The notes beneath the pieces were generated by a model that did not search any database, was not told where the DNA came from, and was given only the letters and a program-made list of their open reading frames with translations. Of a DNA stretch of 64,000 nt, positions 35,813 to 45,926 are shown in pieces. Made by a program: the position numbers and the translations under genes. This stretch comes from Candidatus Hikarchaeia archaeon HikBin5 (GTDB lineage: Archaea > Halobacteriota > Halobacteria > Halobacteriales > Hikarchaeaceae). Within the stretch, counting starts at the first letter, position 1. The number at the start of each line of letters is the position of its first letter. The stretch is from the NCBI GenBank assembly GCA_009889625.1, contig WTZU01000002.1, positions 12,472-76,471 of the forward strand, in the 5' to 3' direction.

Positions 35813-36658
35813 CTAACAATCATCCCGCAAGTCCCTTATTTTTTGAATGTCCCAAGAATGGTCTTTTTCCTCATCTATTGGCGTTTCTAGAACCATTGGG
35901 AGGTCTCTAAAGAGTTTATGGTTGATGAGATTTTTAAAGGGCCCCTCTCCGATTTCTCCATCACCTATATGTTCGTGCTCATCCTTTTTTGACCCGAAGG
36001 GATGCTTCGAATCGTTTAGATGTAAATAATGTACATTTTCAATGCCAATTGTCTCTTCAATTTCACCTATCATCTGAGAGATTTCTTCGTCAGTTCCAAA
36101 TCCATATCCAGCAGAAAATAAGTGGCAAGTATCAAGACATACTCCAATATCTTCATACCCATACGTTGATTCTTCTACCATCGTTTGGAGTTCTGCAAAC
36201 GTCTCCCCTAGAGTGGTGCCTTTTCCAGCAGTATTCTCTAGAAGTAGTGTGACGGATTTTGGTATCTCCAACTGAGAAAGTCGCATGGCTATGTTCTTCA
36301 ATCCTTTCTCAACGCCTTCTCCTGTGTGTGCACCGGGGTGAAAGGTGTAATATGGAATTTCCAACTCTGCCGATGCATCTAACTCTCCTTGGACAGTTAC
36401 AACGGATTTCTCTGCTAATTCTTCTTTTGGCGTTGCTAAATTGATTAGATATGTTCCATGGACTATCCAAGGTCCAACATCTTTTTCCGAGCAGTATTTT
36501 TTAAATAGGTCTGCGCCTTCTTTTTTGACTTCTCCTACTTTCCATCCGCGAGGAGAACCTACAAAAAGTTGGCCACAGTTTCCATTTATTTCCACTTGAC
36601 GGTCGACTGCTTTTTCGACTCCACCTGCTGTTGAAACGTGAGAACCAATTCTGAACAT
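35813..36658 (-). CDS. nfo: Endonuclease IV (AP endonuclease)
   Basis: MFRIGSHVS N-terminus, TIM-barrel metal ligands (HGTYLINL, FHPG, CLDTCH, HLNDS). Confidence 0.9.
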   Translation of the reverse strand: MFRIGSHVSTAGGVEKAVDRQVEINGNCGQLFVGSPRGWKVGEVKKEGADLFKKYCSEKDVGPWIVHGTYLINLATPKEELAEKSVVTVQGELDASAELEIPYYTFHPGAHTGEGVEKGLKNIAMRLSQLEIPKSVTLLLENTAGKGTTLGETFAELQTMVEESTYGYEDIGVCLDTCHLFSAGYGFGTDEEISQMIGEIEETIGIENVHYLHLNDSKHPFGSKKDEHEHIGDGEIGEGPFKNLINHKLFRDLPMVLETPIDEEKDHSWDIQKIRDLRDDC

Positions 36659-36879
36659 GACTCCTCTTAGATTTTCTTAGCAATTATATTATAGGTTTTA
36701 TCATTGGTGAGTTGCAAAGTGATTGCATGACAAAACTATATTCCATTTTAGTTTGCATTCTCCTAATAACAACAGCATTTGCAGAGTATATTGGGGATGT
36801 ACGAGAAGGGAATTGTAGGAGCGAGTGACAATAGACAAGGGTCAAGTTTAATACAGCTGGTCGAGAGAATAAATTAAGT

Positions 36880-37170
36880 ATGCATTCATGGGAAGTTACA
36901 TGTATTGAATTAAGAGAGAATAGTGAGTATGACGATTGTAGGTCCATTGAAAAAATTGGATTCAAAGTTGCAAGCCAGATACAGAAAAGAAATATCGATC
37001 AAGCATATAGCATGATAGAATCGAATCTAACAAATTATCATGTTGTAGTAAATGGAGAAGACATAGCATTAGTTTCCGCCAATGTAGGAGATATAAGGTA
37101 TGTCCGTACAGAAGGGTCAGATACGTCAGAAGACCCACTTATGAAGCTTGGAAAGTGCGAACAAAATTGA
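36880..37170 (+). CDS. DUF3892-like small protein
   Basis: 96 aa. I...IG.......t...A..mI......Y.V...G....V........YVRTE.D....D.L..L..C matches the DUF3892 pattern as I remember it. Confidence 0.55.
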   Translation: MHSWEVTCIELRENSEYDDCRSIEKIGFKVASQIQKRNIDQAYSMIESNLTNYHVVVNGEDIALVSANVGDIRYVRTEGSDTSEDPLMKLGKCEQN

Positions 37171-37188
37171 ATTGGTAAATTTTTCAAT

Positions 37189-38055
37189 TTAAAGAAATTC
37201 TTTTACACAGTTAGTTACTTCAGAGGGAGTTTTTCCAACTGAAGCTCCTGCATTTTCAAGTGCCATGATTTTTGATTGTGCAGTTCCAGTCCCTGTCCCA
37301 GAAACTATGGCGCCTGCATGCCCCATACGTTTTCCAGGTGGGGCAGTTCTACCTGCGATGAATCCAACAACTGGAGTATCCATATTTTCTTTTATGAAAT
37401 CGGCAGCTTGTTCTTCGTCCTCACCACCTATTTCTCCACACATAACTACTACTTTAGTATCAGGGTCTGCTTCAAATAGTTCGAGGCAATCGATGAAGTT
37501 TGTTCCAATTATAGGATCCCCACCTATGCCAACGACAGTTGTTTGTCCGAGATGAGAATTGGTTAGATTTGAAGCAATTTGATAAGTGAGAGTTCCAGAC
37601 CTCGAAACGAGGCCAACGGGACCAGGAGTAAAAATATCACCTGGTAAAATTCCCAATTTGGTTTCCCCAGGAGTTAGAATACCGGGGCAATTTGGGCCCA
37701 ATAGCCGGGTTCCGGGAGGGATGGAAAAATTAACTTTCATCATATCGTGAGAGGGAATTCCTTCTGTGATTGCGACAACTAAATCTAGTGTTGCATCGAA
37801 TGCCTCCAATATAGCATCTGCAGCGAATGCAGGAGGTACGAAAACAACTGAAGCGGTGGCATCATGTTCCTCCATGGCAGTGTTGACGGTATCATAAACA
37901 GGAATGCCATTGAAATCAGATCCACCCTTTCCAGGCACTACCCCTGCAACTACATTGGCACCATAATTTATCATTTGTTCAGTGTGAAACGCACCCTGGC
38001 TACCCGTAATACCTTGAACAATTATTCGAGTATCTTTATTTACCAATATACTCAT
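37189..38055 (-). CDS. sucD: Succinate--CoA ligase [ADP-forming] subunit alpha
   Basis: [24 protein letters not shown], the catalytic His loop MGHAGAI, and a start 1 nt after the sucC stop. Confidence 0.9.
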   Translation of the reverse strand: MSILVNKDTRIIVQGITGSQGAFHTEQMINYGANVVAGVVPGKGGSDFNGIPVYDTVNTAMEEHDATASVVFVPPAFAADAILEAFDATLDLVVAITEGIPSHDMMKVNFSIPPGTRLLGPNCPGILTPGETKLGILPGDIFTPGPVGLVSRSGTLTYQIASNLTNSHLGQTTVVGIGGDPIIGTNFIDCLELFEADPDTKVVVMCGEIGGEDEEQAADFIKENMDTPVVGFIAGRTAPPGKRMGHAGAIVSGTGTGTAQSKIMALENAGASVGKTPSEVTNCVKEFL

Positions 38056-38056
38056 T

Positions 38057-39202
38057 TTAGTTACCTCCTTTTGACGCCAATGCAATTGCCCGTTGAACGG
38101 CAGATTCGAGCGTGGATTCTACAGATAGGTGATCTGTGTTTAGAATTTCCATTCCTTCCTGTGCATTTGTTCCATCTAGACGGACTACAATTGGTTTGGG
38201 GAGTGCATCGAAATTATCAAGAGCATCATTTATTCCACGGGCCACTTCATCGCCTCGAGTTATACCACCAAAAATATTGAAAAGTATCGAATCGACATTT
38301 TCATCTTCAAATAGTATGTCAAGTGCATTTTCAACCCTATCAGAGTTTGCTCCACCTCCAATATCCAGAAAGTTGGCAGGTTTCCCACCATAGTGATCTA
38401 CTAAATCTAGGGTAGTCATGACTAGTCCGGCCCCATTTCCAATGATCCCAATATTACCATCCAAACGAACATAATTAAATCCATATAGATTTGCTTTTGA
38501 TTCAAGTTCGTTGTTATTTCTTGTGTCTCGAAGGTCGGCTAGTTCTGGTTGTCTAAAAAGTGCATCGTCTTCGATATTCAAGACCGCATCGGTGGCAATT
38601 ACACCCCCATTCTTCGAAACCATTAGTGGATTGATTTCAGCCTCTGTTGCATCAGAAGTTTCCCAAATATTGTAAAGGGATAAAAGTATATGCGCTACCT
38701 GATCGGTTAGAGTTGGAGAGATCCCGGCATCGGATACTGCAGTTTTGGCTTGGGAATTAGAAAGACCAAGCAGAGGGTCTATGTAAGTTTTAGATATGGC
38801 TTCGGGAGTAGAGGATGCAACTTGTTCTATATCAACTCCACCTTGAGAAGATACCATAGCAACGGGCATTCCGGAGCTTCGGTCGAGAGTAATTCCAAGA
38901 TAGATTTCATCTATAAAATCAATGGCCTGTTCTACTAAAACTTCATACACAAAATAGCCTTTGAGGTCCATTCCTATTATTTTACTTGCAGCCAATTCTG
39001 CTTCTTCATCATTATGCACTAGAGCGATGCCCCCTGCTTTGCCACGACCGCCAACATGGACTTGTGCTTTAATGACTGTGGGATAGCCTATACGATTGGT
39101 TTCTTCTAGCACTGTTTCAATGGAATTGGCTAGTCCAGAAGGGGGGATTGGGATCCCACCATCTGAGAAAACTGATTTTGCTTGATATTCATGCAAACGC
39201 AT
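38057..39202 (-). CDS. sucC: Succinate--CoA ligase [ADP-forming] subunit beta
   Basis: [10 protein letters not shown]-terminus, an ATP-grasp domain, and C-terminal NIFGGITR. Confidence 0.9.
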   Translation of the reverse strand: MRLHEYQAKSVFSDGGIPIPPSGLANSIETVLEETNRIGYPTVIKAQVHVGGRGKAGGIALVHNDEEAELAASKIIGMDLKGYFVYEVLVEQAIDFIDEIYLGITLDRSSGMPVAMVSSQGGVDIEQVASSTPEAISKTYIDPLLGLSNSQAKTAVSDAGISPTLTDQVAHILLSLYNIWETSDATEAEINPLMVSKNGGVIATDAVLNIEDDALFRQPELADLRDTRNNNELESKANLYGFNYVRLDGNIGIIGNGAGLVMTTLDLVDHYGGKPANFLDIGGGANSDRVENALDILFEDENVDSILFNIFGGITRGDEVARGINDALDNFDALPKPIVVRLDGTNAQEGMEILNTDHLSVESTLESAVQRAIALASKGGN

Positions 39203-39270
39203 TGATGTAAAGTGAAACCCTGTTGATGTTAAATCTCATGATTTTGTAAAAGGCCCATTTCATAGACAAT

Positions 39271-40263
39271 ATGACGACTTATCTGCACAGGGGTACTATG
39301 CCGATCATGCAGAAAGTATGCTTCTATGAATATGGAGGGGCGGAAGTTTTACAAGTGGAGGAAATAAAAAATAAGAAACTGAATAGAGGAGATATTAGAA
39401 TCAAAGTTGAAGCAATTGGAGTGAATCCCGTTGACACTTATTTTCGGGAGGGCACATACAAAGTTCCCCGATTTCCATGGACACCTGGATCTGATTTTGC
39501 AGGAGTAATAGAAGAAATAGAATCCGAACATAGTGACCTAAAAGTGGGAGATCGAGTATTTGGAACGGGGTTGGGGAGAGATATCGAGGGGACATATTCA
39601 GATTCCATTGTAGCGCCACGGGAGAATCTAGCCACACTCCCAGATTCGATTGAATTTAAACAGGGGGCTGCAATTGCACTAGTGGGAGTGACAGCTTGGC
39701 GTGCCCTTATCGATCATGCCAATTTGATACCGGGGGAAAAATGTTTAATACATGGCGGGGGTGGAGGAGTAGGGCATGTGGCCATTCAAATCGCCAAACA
39801 AATTGGGGCGGAAGTGACCACAACTGCTAGATCGGAACAGCATACAGAACTTAAAAAATTGGGAGCAAAATATATTTTTGACTACAATGAGAAAAATCTT
39901 CTAGGATTAATTTCAAATACAGGGGGGAAAGATGTCATTCTTGATCACCTATGTGACGAATATGTTGGACTAGATATCCAAGTTGCCAATCCAAATGCCA
40001 GGATAATAGGAATTGGACAGAGGAAGGATCAAGTGAGAATTCCAAAATTTGCAGTTGCGCGTTCGAAGGAACTAGAGTTGTACATGATGAGTATGTTCAA
40101 TACTCCAAAAATTAGTGATATTTTGGAGCAAATATCTAAAATGATGAGTGAAGATTCACTAAAAGTTTTAGTAGAGAGTGAATATCCACTGGAAAAGGCA
40201 AATGAAGCCCAAGAAAGAGTATATGATCGAGAGGGAATTGGAAAAGTTGTGATCATTCCGTAG
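39271..40263 (+). CDS. NADPH:quinone oxidoreductase / zeta-crystallin-type MDR
   Basis: MDR fold lacking the catalytic zinc ligands, with IHGGGGGVGHVAIQIAK. The start may be the ATG at 39298 or 39307. Confidence 0.8.
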   Translation: MTTYLHRGTMPIMQKVCFYEYGGAEVLQVEEIKNKKLNRGDIRIKVEAIGVNPVDTYFREGTYKVPRFPWTPGSDFAGVIEEIESEHSDLKVGDRVFGTGLGRDIEGTYSDSIVAPRENLATLPDSIEFKQGAAIALVGVTAWRALIDHANLIPGEKCLIHGGGGGVGHVAIQIAKQIGAEVTTTARSEQHTELKKLGAKYIFDYNEKNLLGLISNTGGKDVILDHLCDEYVGLDIQVANPNARIIGIGQRKDQVRIPKFAVARSKELELYMMSMFNTPKISDILEQISKMMSEDSLKVLVESEYPLEKANEAQERVYDREGIGKVVIIP

Positions 40264-40425
40264 GGATGTATTGTGATAATCCCATAAATGCGATAAAATT
40301 GCAAGTTATATTTATTGAAAGCAATATATCTTATACCGTATTTGGTCAGGTTTTTAAAAGAGGGGCATAATAAAATGAGTAGAAAGTCGAATTCATCATA
40401 AATTGATGGGTTTTGGTATTTAGAA

Positions 40426-41412
40426 ATGGTATCAGGTGAACAAATAAGTAAAAGTAAGAACATACAGCAGCAAACTGGGAAGACATTCTATTTCGCTACG
40501 TTACTATTGCCAAAGAGAGTCAGGTACGCGACGCATATTTTATATGCATTTTTTAGGATTGCAGATGAAATTGTAGACACCTCGGAAAACAAGGAGTCCT
40601 ATGTGAAGATTGAGCAAATTGATCAGATACAAAAAGCTGTTTTAGGAGAATCTTTAACAGATGAACCATCGTTAAAGGCATTTGAGGAATTGCGCAGGCG
40701 GTATGAGATCCCAACGGGAGAGATAATAGCATTTTTAGATGCTATGCGTATGGATATTTCTAAAAATAGATATGAAACTTTCAGTGAGGTTGAAGAATAT
40801 ATGCGAGGGTCTGCAGTTACAGTTGCGAATATGATGGTTTCTATCATGAAGATTAAAGAAACGGAGAAGATTATTGAAACTGCTGCTGCTTTAGGAAAAG
40901 CATTTCAATTAACCAATTTCCTTAGAGATGTTAGAGAAGACATTATAGAATATAATCGGTCGTATATGCCAAAAGAAACGTTAGACAAATATGGTGTTGA
41001 ATACAAACATATAGAGAATTTAGAATTTTCAAACGAGTTTGCCAAAGTTATGGAAGAAGAGATTAGTAGGGCCGAGGATTTTTATAGAAAAGGGATAGAA
41101 GGGATTGAACATTTGCCAAATGACTGTCAATTTGCAGTACTATTGGCATCAGTTTTGTATGCAGACCATCATCGATTGATTGTAAACCGAAGATATGATG
41201 TTTTGACTCACCGTTCGACGTTGAATATGCAAGATAAAATTATTTGTTTAGTTAAAACTTGGTGGCACTTAAAAGTGACAAAAGATCCCAAGGCTACATT
41301 TTATTTAACGACCGGAATGTTAGATGACAGGGGGGAAAAATACAAAACTGTGCAAAAATCACTTCGACGTGCGTTTAGTATGAAAAAATTGTTGGTTAAT
41401 TTTCAAAAATGA
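40426..41412 (+). CDS. crtB: Phytoene synthase
   Basis: Squalene/phytoene synthase motifs: YAFFRIADEIVD (first Asp-rich box), YMRGSA, and QLTNFLRDVRED (second box). Confidence 0.85.
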   Translation: MVSGEQISKSKNIQQQTGKTFYFATLLLPKRVRYATHILYAFFRIADEIVDTSENKESYVKIEQIDQIQKAVLGESLTDEPSLKAFEELRRRYEIPTGEIIAFLDAMRMDISKNRYETFSEVEEYMRGSAVTVANMMVSIMKIKETEKIIETAAALGKAFQLTNFLRDVREDIIEYNRSYMPKETLDKYGVEYKHIENLEFSNEFAKVMEEEISRAEDFYRKGIEGIEHLPNDCQFAVLLASVLYADHHRLIVNRRYDVLTHRSTLNMQDKIICLVKTWWHLKVTKDPKATFYLTTGMLDDRGEKYKTVQKSLRRAFSMKKLLVNFQK

Positions 41413-42911
41413 CGAAGGAGAATATGCTCGATAAGTCCGCGATCATAATTGGGGCAGGGATTGGAGGGCTATCTTGTGCATGTTTCTTGGCACAACAGGG
41501 GATTCAAGTTACCGTGGTGGAAAAAAATGAACAGATAGGAGGGAGAGCTTCTATTTTGGAGAAGGATGGGTTTAAATTCGACATGGGGCCATCATGGTAC
41601 CTCATGCCAGATGTATTTGAAAGATTCTTTGGATTTTTTGGAAGGAAACCAGAAGATTATTATGAATTGATTCGTCTGGATCCACATTATAGGATCTTTT
41701 TTAAAGATCAAAAAAACGTAGATATAGTGGCAGATTTGGAGCAAAATAAAATCCTATTTGAAGGGATGGAAAGAGGAGCAGGAGATGCACTTGTAAGATA
41801 TCTAGATAACTCGAAAATGACTTATGAATTGGGGATGCAAAAATTTGTATACAAAGACAGGCCTCGGTTGAGAGATTATTTGAGTTTAGATGTGTTGCTA
41901 AATGCCCATAAAATAAGTCTAGTTCGCTCTATGCAAAATCATGTGAACAACTATTTCTCTAACAAAAAGCTCCAACAAATTGTACAATATACATTAGTAT
42001 TCTTAGGAGGATCTCCAAAAAATACTCCCGCATTATATAATTTAATGAGTCACGTTGATTTTAATTTGGGAGTATATTATCCAGAGGGGGGCATTGGCAG
42101 GGTTATTTCATCTATCGCCAAAATGGGGGAAGAATTGGGTGTCGAATATAAGCTAGGTTTTGAGGTAGATTCAATCGAAGAGGAAGGGGGATTATTTGCG
42201 GTGAGGAGTAAAAATGCAGAGATAATAGAAGCAAACATAGTAGTTAGTAATGCCGATTATGGCCATACGGAGCAAGTGTTATTGCCAGAGGACAAAAGAC
42301 AATTTGATGATAAATATTGGAAATCTCGAACATATGCCCCATCTGCATTTTTAATTTACTTAGGGATAGAAGGTGAAATAGACCCATTAATTCATCATAA
42401 TCTGGTTTTACCAATAGACTGGGAGGGTCATTTTGAGGAAATATTCACGGACCCGGCATGGCCGACAGATCCTGCCTATTACATATGCGCGCCTTCAGAC
42501 ACTGACGATTCTGTTGCTCCAAAAGGCCATAGTAATCTATTCATCTTAGTTCCCATATCGGTTGATGTAGAAGATGAAGAACATATGAGGCAAAAATATA
42601 GAGACAAAATATTGGCAGATATTGCAGAAAATGTTGGTGTAGATTTAAGGAATAAAATAGTACTAGAAGAGCATTTCTCGGTGTCAGATTTTGCTAGGCG
42701 GTATAACAGTAGCAAGGGGACTGCATTGGGATTGGCACATACGTTAAAGCAAACAGGCCCGATTAGGCCAGATAACCGTTCGAGGAAATTAAAAGGAATG
42801 TATTTCACAGGAGGATATACCAGGCCCGGTATTGGAGTTCCTATGTGCCTGATAAGTGGGGAGCACACAGCAGAAGCCATCATTAAAGATATTAAAAAAG
42901 AGACAAAATGA
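41409..42911 (+). CDS. crtI: Phytoene desaturase family protein (CrtI or CrtD)
   Basis: IIGAGIGGLSCACFLAQQGIQVTVVEKNEQIGGR dinucleotide fold, C-terminal FTGGYTRPGIGVPM, and an ATGA overlap with crtB. Confidence 0.85.
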   Translation: MTKENMLDKSAIIIGAGIGGLSCACFLAQQGIQVTVVEKNEQIGGRASILEKDGFKFDMGPSWYLMPDVFERFFGFFGRKPEDYYELIRLDPHYRIFFKDQKNVDIVADLEQNKILFEGMERGAGDALVRYLDNSKMTYELGMQKFVYKDRPRLRDYLSLDVLLNAHKISLVRSMQNHVNNYFSNKKLQQIVQYTLVFLGGSPKNTPALYNLMSHVDFNLGVYYPEGGIGRVISSIAKMGEELGVEYKLGFEVDSIEEEGGLFAVRSKNAEIIEANIVVSNADYGHTEQVLLPEDKRQFDDKYWKSRTYAPSAFLIYLGIEGEIDPLIHHNLVLPIDWEGHFEEIFTDPAWPTDPAYYICAPSDTDDSVAPKGHSNLFILVPISVDVEDEEHMRQKYRDKILADIAENVGVDLRNKIVLEEHFSVSDFARRYNSSKGTALGLAHTLKQTGPIRPDNRSRKLKGMYFTGGYTRPGIGVPMCLISGEHTAEAIIKDIKKETK

Positions 42912-43744
42912 GAGGGGGCAAATATATTAAATTGGTTGAGGCATCCAGACCTAGATTTTGGCTTTATCTTGCAGGACCAGCATTAGTTGGTGCCACGTAT
43001 GGAGCAGAGCACGTCCAAGAATTAGTGAGGTTGGATGTTGCGCTCATCATACTATACTTTCTGATCCCGGCTAATTTTCTAGTTTATGGGATTAACGATA
43101 TATTTGATTCTAAGATTGATCAAAAGAATCCAAAAAAGAAAACCAAAGAGATTCGATATAAAGGGGGAAGAAAATTGCCCACTTTGGTCATAATTAGTGC
43201 AATATTAGGGATAGCATTGGGAGGAATTCTCACTGTAAATGCAATTCCATGGATGATTGGTTTTCTCTTTTTAAGTTGGGCATATAGTGCACCTCCCTTT
43301 AGATTTAAAACAAAGCCATTTCTGGATTCTTGTTCAAATATATTATATATATTTCCAGGAATCGTCGGGTACATAGTTGTCTCAGGTTCGATACCCCCTT
43401 TGCTTGCAATAGGAGGAGGTAGTTTGTGGGCGATGGCAATGCACACGTTCTCTGCCATTCCAGATATTGGACCAGATAAAAAATCAGGAATTAAAACATT
43501 GGCTACATCATTGGGCCAAAGTAAAACTTTAGCATATTGTGGGAGCTGTTGGTTTGCTTCTTCGATTTTGTTTGCATTAGTGGATGTCCGACTAGGGATA
43601 TTTCTATCCTCATATTTAGCGATATTGGGAATAATAGTATTGGGAAAAATAGAAGTTGAAGTTGCATATTGGTGGTATCCAAAAATCAATACGATAATTG
43701 GATTTGTTTTAGTAATAGGAGGGATTTGGAGGATCGTAATTTGA
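42908..43744 (+). CDS. UbiA-family prenyltransferase (lycopene elongase LyeJ-like)
   Basis: NDIFDSKIDQKN Asp-rich motif and multiple TM helices. ATGA overlap with crtI. Its position between the desaturase and a CruF-like gene matches the haloarchaeal arrangement. Confidence 0.7.
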   Translation: MRGGKYIKLVEASRPRFWLYLAGPALVGATYGAEHVQELVRLDVALIILYFLIPANFLVYGINDIFDSKIDQKNPKKKTKEIRYKGGRKLPTLVIISAILGIALGGILTVNAIPWMIGFLFLSWAYSAPPFRFKTKPFLDSCSNILYIFPGIVGYIVVSGSIPPLLAIGGGSLWAMAMHTFSAIPDIGPDKKSGIKTLATSLGQSKTLAYCGSCWFASSILFALVDVRLGIFLSSYLAILGIIVLGKIEVEVAYWWYPKINTIIGFVLVIGGIWRIVI

Positions 43745-44547
43745 TAAATAGATTGGAAATATTTGTACGAGAGAATAGGTTATTGTTGGCACTGGTGATG
43801 CCAATTATGGGTGCTGTGTTGCTAGTTGCTAGTAAAGAGATGATACTCCCACCGTGGCTCTCATTTAACCCTTACATTGTTTTGATAGGAACTGCACTGA
43901 TGAGATTGCCGTTAATTGTTGCAATCCTACCTCTGATAAATAGGAAAAATGGAATTTTGTTACTGTTATTAACGGGGTACGTGTATTTTATCGAATACAT
44001 AGGTATAAGATATGGATGGCCATATGGAAATTTCCAATATTTAGTAGAATTGGGACCAATGATTTCTGACATTCCAATGGCACTTCCACTTTTCTTCATT
44101 CCATTAGTGCTGAATGGGTATTTGTTGACATTGTTAATTGTAAATAAATATCCAATAAATCAAAGATTGATAATTCCAATTTCAATCGTGGTAATCATCC
44201 TGATAGATTTAGTATTGGATCCGGCCGCGGTGAGTCTTGGTTTTTGGAGTTATGGAAATGGGGGAGAATTCTATGGAGTCCCATATACAAATTATCAGGG
44301 GTGGTTGCTCAGTGGGGGGATATCAGTGTTGGTAGTAAGCCGTGTGTTTAATAGAAAAAAGCTTCTTGCACGCATTGAAGAGTGTGAATTTGGACTAGAT
44401 GACATGATCAGTTTTGTTTTATTATGGGGATTGGTGAATACATATCATAATAATTGGATTCCAACTTTTATTGTGATAATGCTCATAGCGGGATTATGGT
44501 GGGTGGAGAGAATCGATATTAAGAATATTTTAAATAGAAATAAATGA
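43741..44547 (+). CDS. Carotenoid biosynthesis membrane protein (CruF/DUF422-like hydratase)
   Basis: Polytopic membrane protein with LDPAAVSLGFWSY......YGVPYTNYQGW. The start is uncertain: TTG 43741 overlaps the upstream stop, ATG 43798 is an alternative, and the ORF maximum begins at 43669. Confidence 0.6.
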   Translation: MINRLEIFVRENRLLLALVMPIMGAVLLVASKEMILPPWLSFNPYIVLIGTALMRLPLIVAILPLINRKNGILLLLLTGYVYFIEYIGIRYGWPYGNFQYLVELGPMISDIPMALPLFFIPLVLNGYLLTLLIVNKYPINQRLIIPISIVVIILIDLVLDPAAVSLGFWSYGNGGEFYGVPYTNYQGWLLSGGISVLVVSRVFNRKKLLARIEECEFGLDDMISFVLLWGLVNTYHNNWIPTFIVIMLIAGLWWVERIDIKNILNRNK

Positions 44548-44611
44548 TTTATAGATATAATCGGGAATGAAAAATAGATAGAACTAAAATTTCACAAGGA
44601 TAGTAGATATT

Positions 44612-45913
44612 ATGGATATTAAAAAAAGTAGGAGGGAGATACTTCAAATGTCGGGTTTGGGAATTTTGGGATTGGCAGGTTGTATGGAAGGTTCCAACGA
44701 GGCCAAATGTCCAGATGGTGCCATAGAAAAAGAAAATGAATATCAACCTATCAAGGGTTCGGGTGGGTGGTGGCCACACCCTGGATGTAATCTTACAGGG
44801 GATGGAAAAGGATATGGAATGGATCCAAAATCGGATACTATGGAGATATCATGGGAAGTTCCATTTCCGATGGCAAGTATGCCATCTGTGCGTCCACTAA
44901 TAAGGGATGATACAGCATATGTGGGGTGGCAGCGAATGGGAGGGTTGGGGATGTTGTATTCGTTGGATGTCGAACGGGGAGAAGAGAAATGGGTTGCAGA
45001 ATATGAAGGCGGGGCCTTAGTACCAGGATCGGTTACAAGAGATCAGATATATGCAGGAAGTCCAGACGGATTCCATTCTTTTGACGTGGAGACGGGGGGA
45101 TTATCTATGTCGTTCAAACCAGAGGGAGAATGGAGATTTATAAATGGAGTTCATGGAGGTGATAGATTATACGTTGTAGGAATGGGAGCCGGAGAGGAGG
45201 ATACAATATATGGAATTGATCCAGAAACGGGAGAAATAGAATGGGAATTTAGATCGGATTACATAGCGGGTCTTTTTGCGATCCAAGGAGACTCAGTATA
45301 TATAACGGGGAAAGATAAAATTCACAGGCTTTTGAGAGTAGATGGGTCGGAAGTGTGGTCAGTTTCAGCAGGTCCTGGATATATAAATGACCAAGTCATT
45401 GCAAATGGGGAAATCATATATGGAATTGGCAGATCGGAGTATACAGGAGAACACAAAATATCTGCGATAGAGGATTCCTGTGGAAGTATAGATTGGTCAG
45501 TTGTTTCGGGAGAGAACGGAACGTTCGGTGGAATGGCAGCAAGTGAAAATGCATTATACGTTTCCTCGCAGGTTAAAATTTCGGGGAGGAATGAAGCCAC
45601 CGCTAGAATGATTGCATTAGATCAAAGTGGAGGTTCAAGACTATGGACTTCAGAGGCAGAGAATATGAAATATGCAACTACTGAGTGGGGAAATCCAATA
45701 ATGATAAATGGCCAAATATATGTTGGAGAATTGCAAGATAGAATAAACAGATCGGATATTGCAAGTATGAAAATAATCGATGGAATTACAGGGGAATTAA
45801 TCAGAACTATACAATTATATGAAGCATCTATTTTTCTTGGCCCTTCCTCTGTATCGGCGGGAAAAGATACAATCTATAGTCTAATAGGAGGTACATTGAG
45901 AGCGATTAGATAG
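44612..45913 (+). CDS. Secreted PQQ-like beta-propeller repeat lipoprotein (Tat signal plus lipobox)
   Basis: MDIKKSRREILQMSGLGILGLAGC contains a twin-arginine motif and an LAGC lipobox. The body has repeated Y(V/I)G...G..Y(A/G)(I/L)D propeller blades. Confidence 0.75.
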   Translation: MDIKKSRREILQMSGLGILGLAGCMEGSNEAKCPDGAIEKENEYQPIKGSGGWWPHPGCNLTGDGKGYGMDPKSDTMEISWEVPFPMASMPSVRPLIRDDTAYVGWQRMGGLGMLYSLDVERGEEKWVAEYEGGALVPGSVTRDQIYAGSPDGFHSFDVETGGLSMSFKPEGEWRFINGVHGGDRLYVVGMGAGEEDTIYGIDPETGEIEWEFRSDYIAGLFAIQGDSVYITGKDKIHRLLRVDGSEVWSVSAGPGYINDQVIANGEIIYGIGRSEYTGEHKISAIEDSCGSIDWSVVSGENGTFGGMAASENALYVSSQVKISGRNEATARMIALDQSGGSRLWTSEAENMKYATTEWGNPIMINGQIYVGELQDRINRSDIASMKIIDGITGELIRTIQLYEASIFLGPSSVSAGKDTIYSLIGGTLRAIR

Positions 45914-45926
45914 AAAGGTAGAAATG

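Noticed and set aside
36684-36965. 93-aa minus-strand ORF between nfo and the DUF3892-like gene.
   Set aside because: It overlaps the start of the plus-strand DUF3892-like gene, has no motif, and probably reflects AT-rich spacer sequence.
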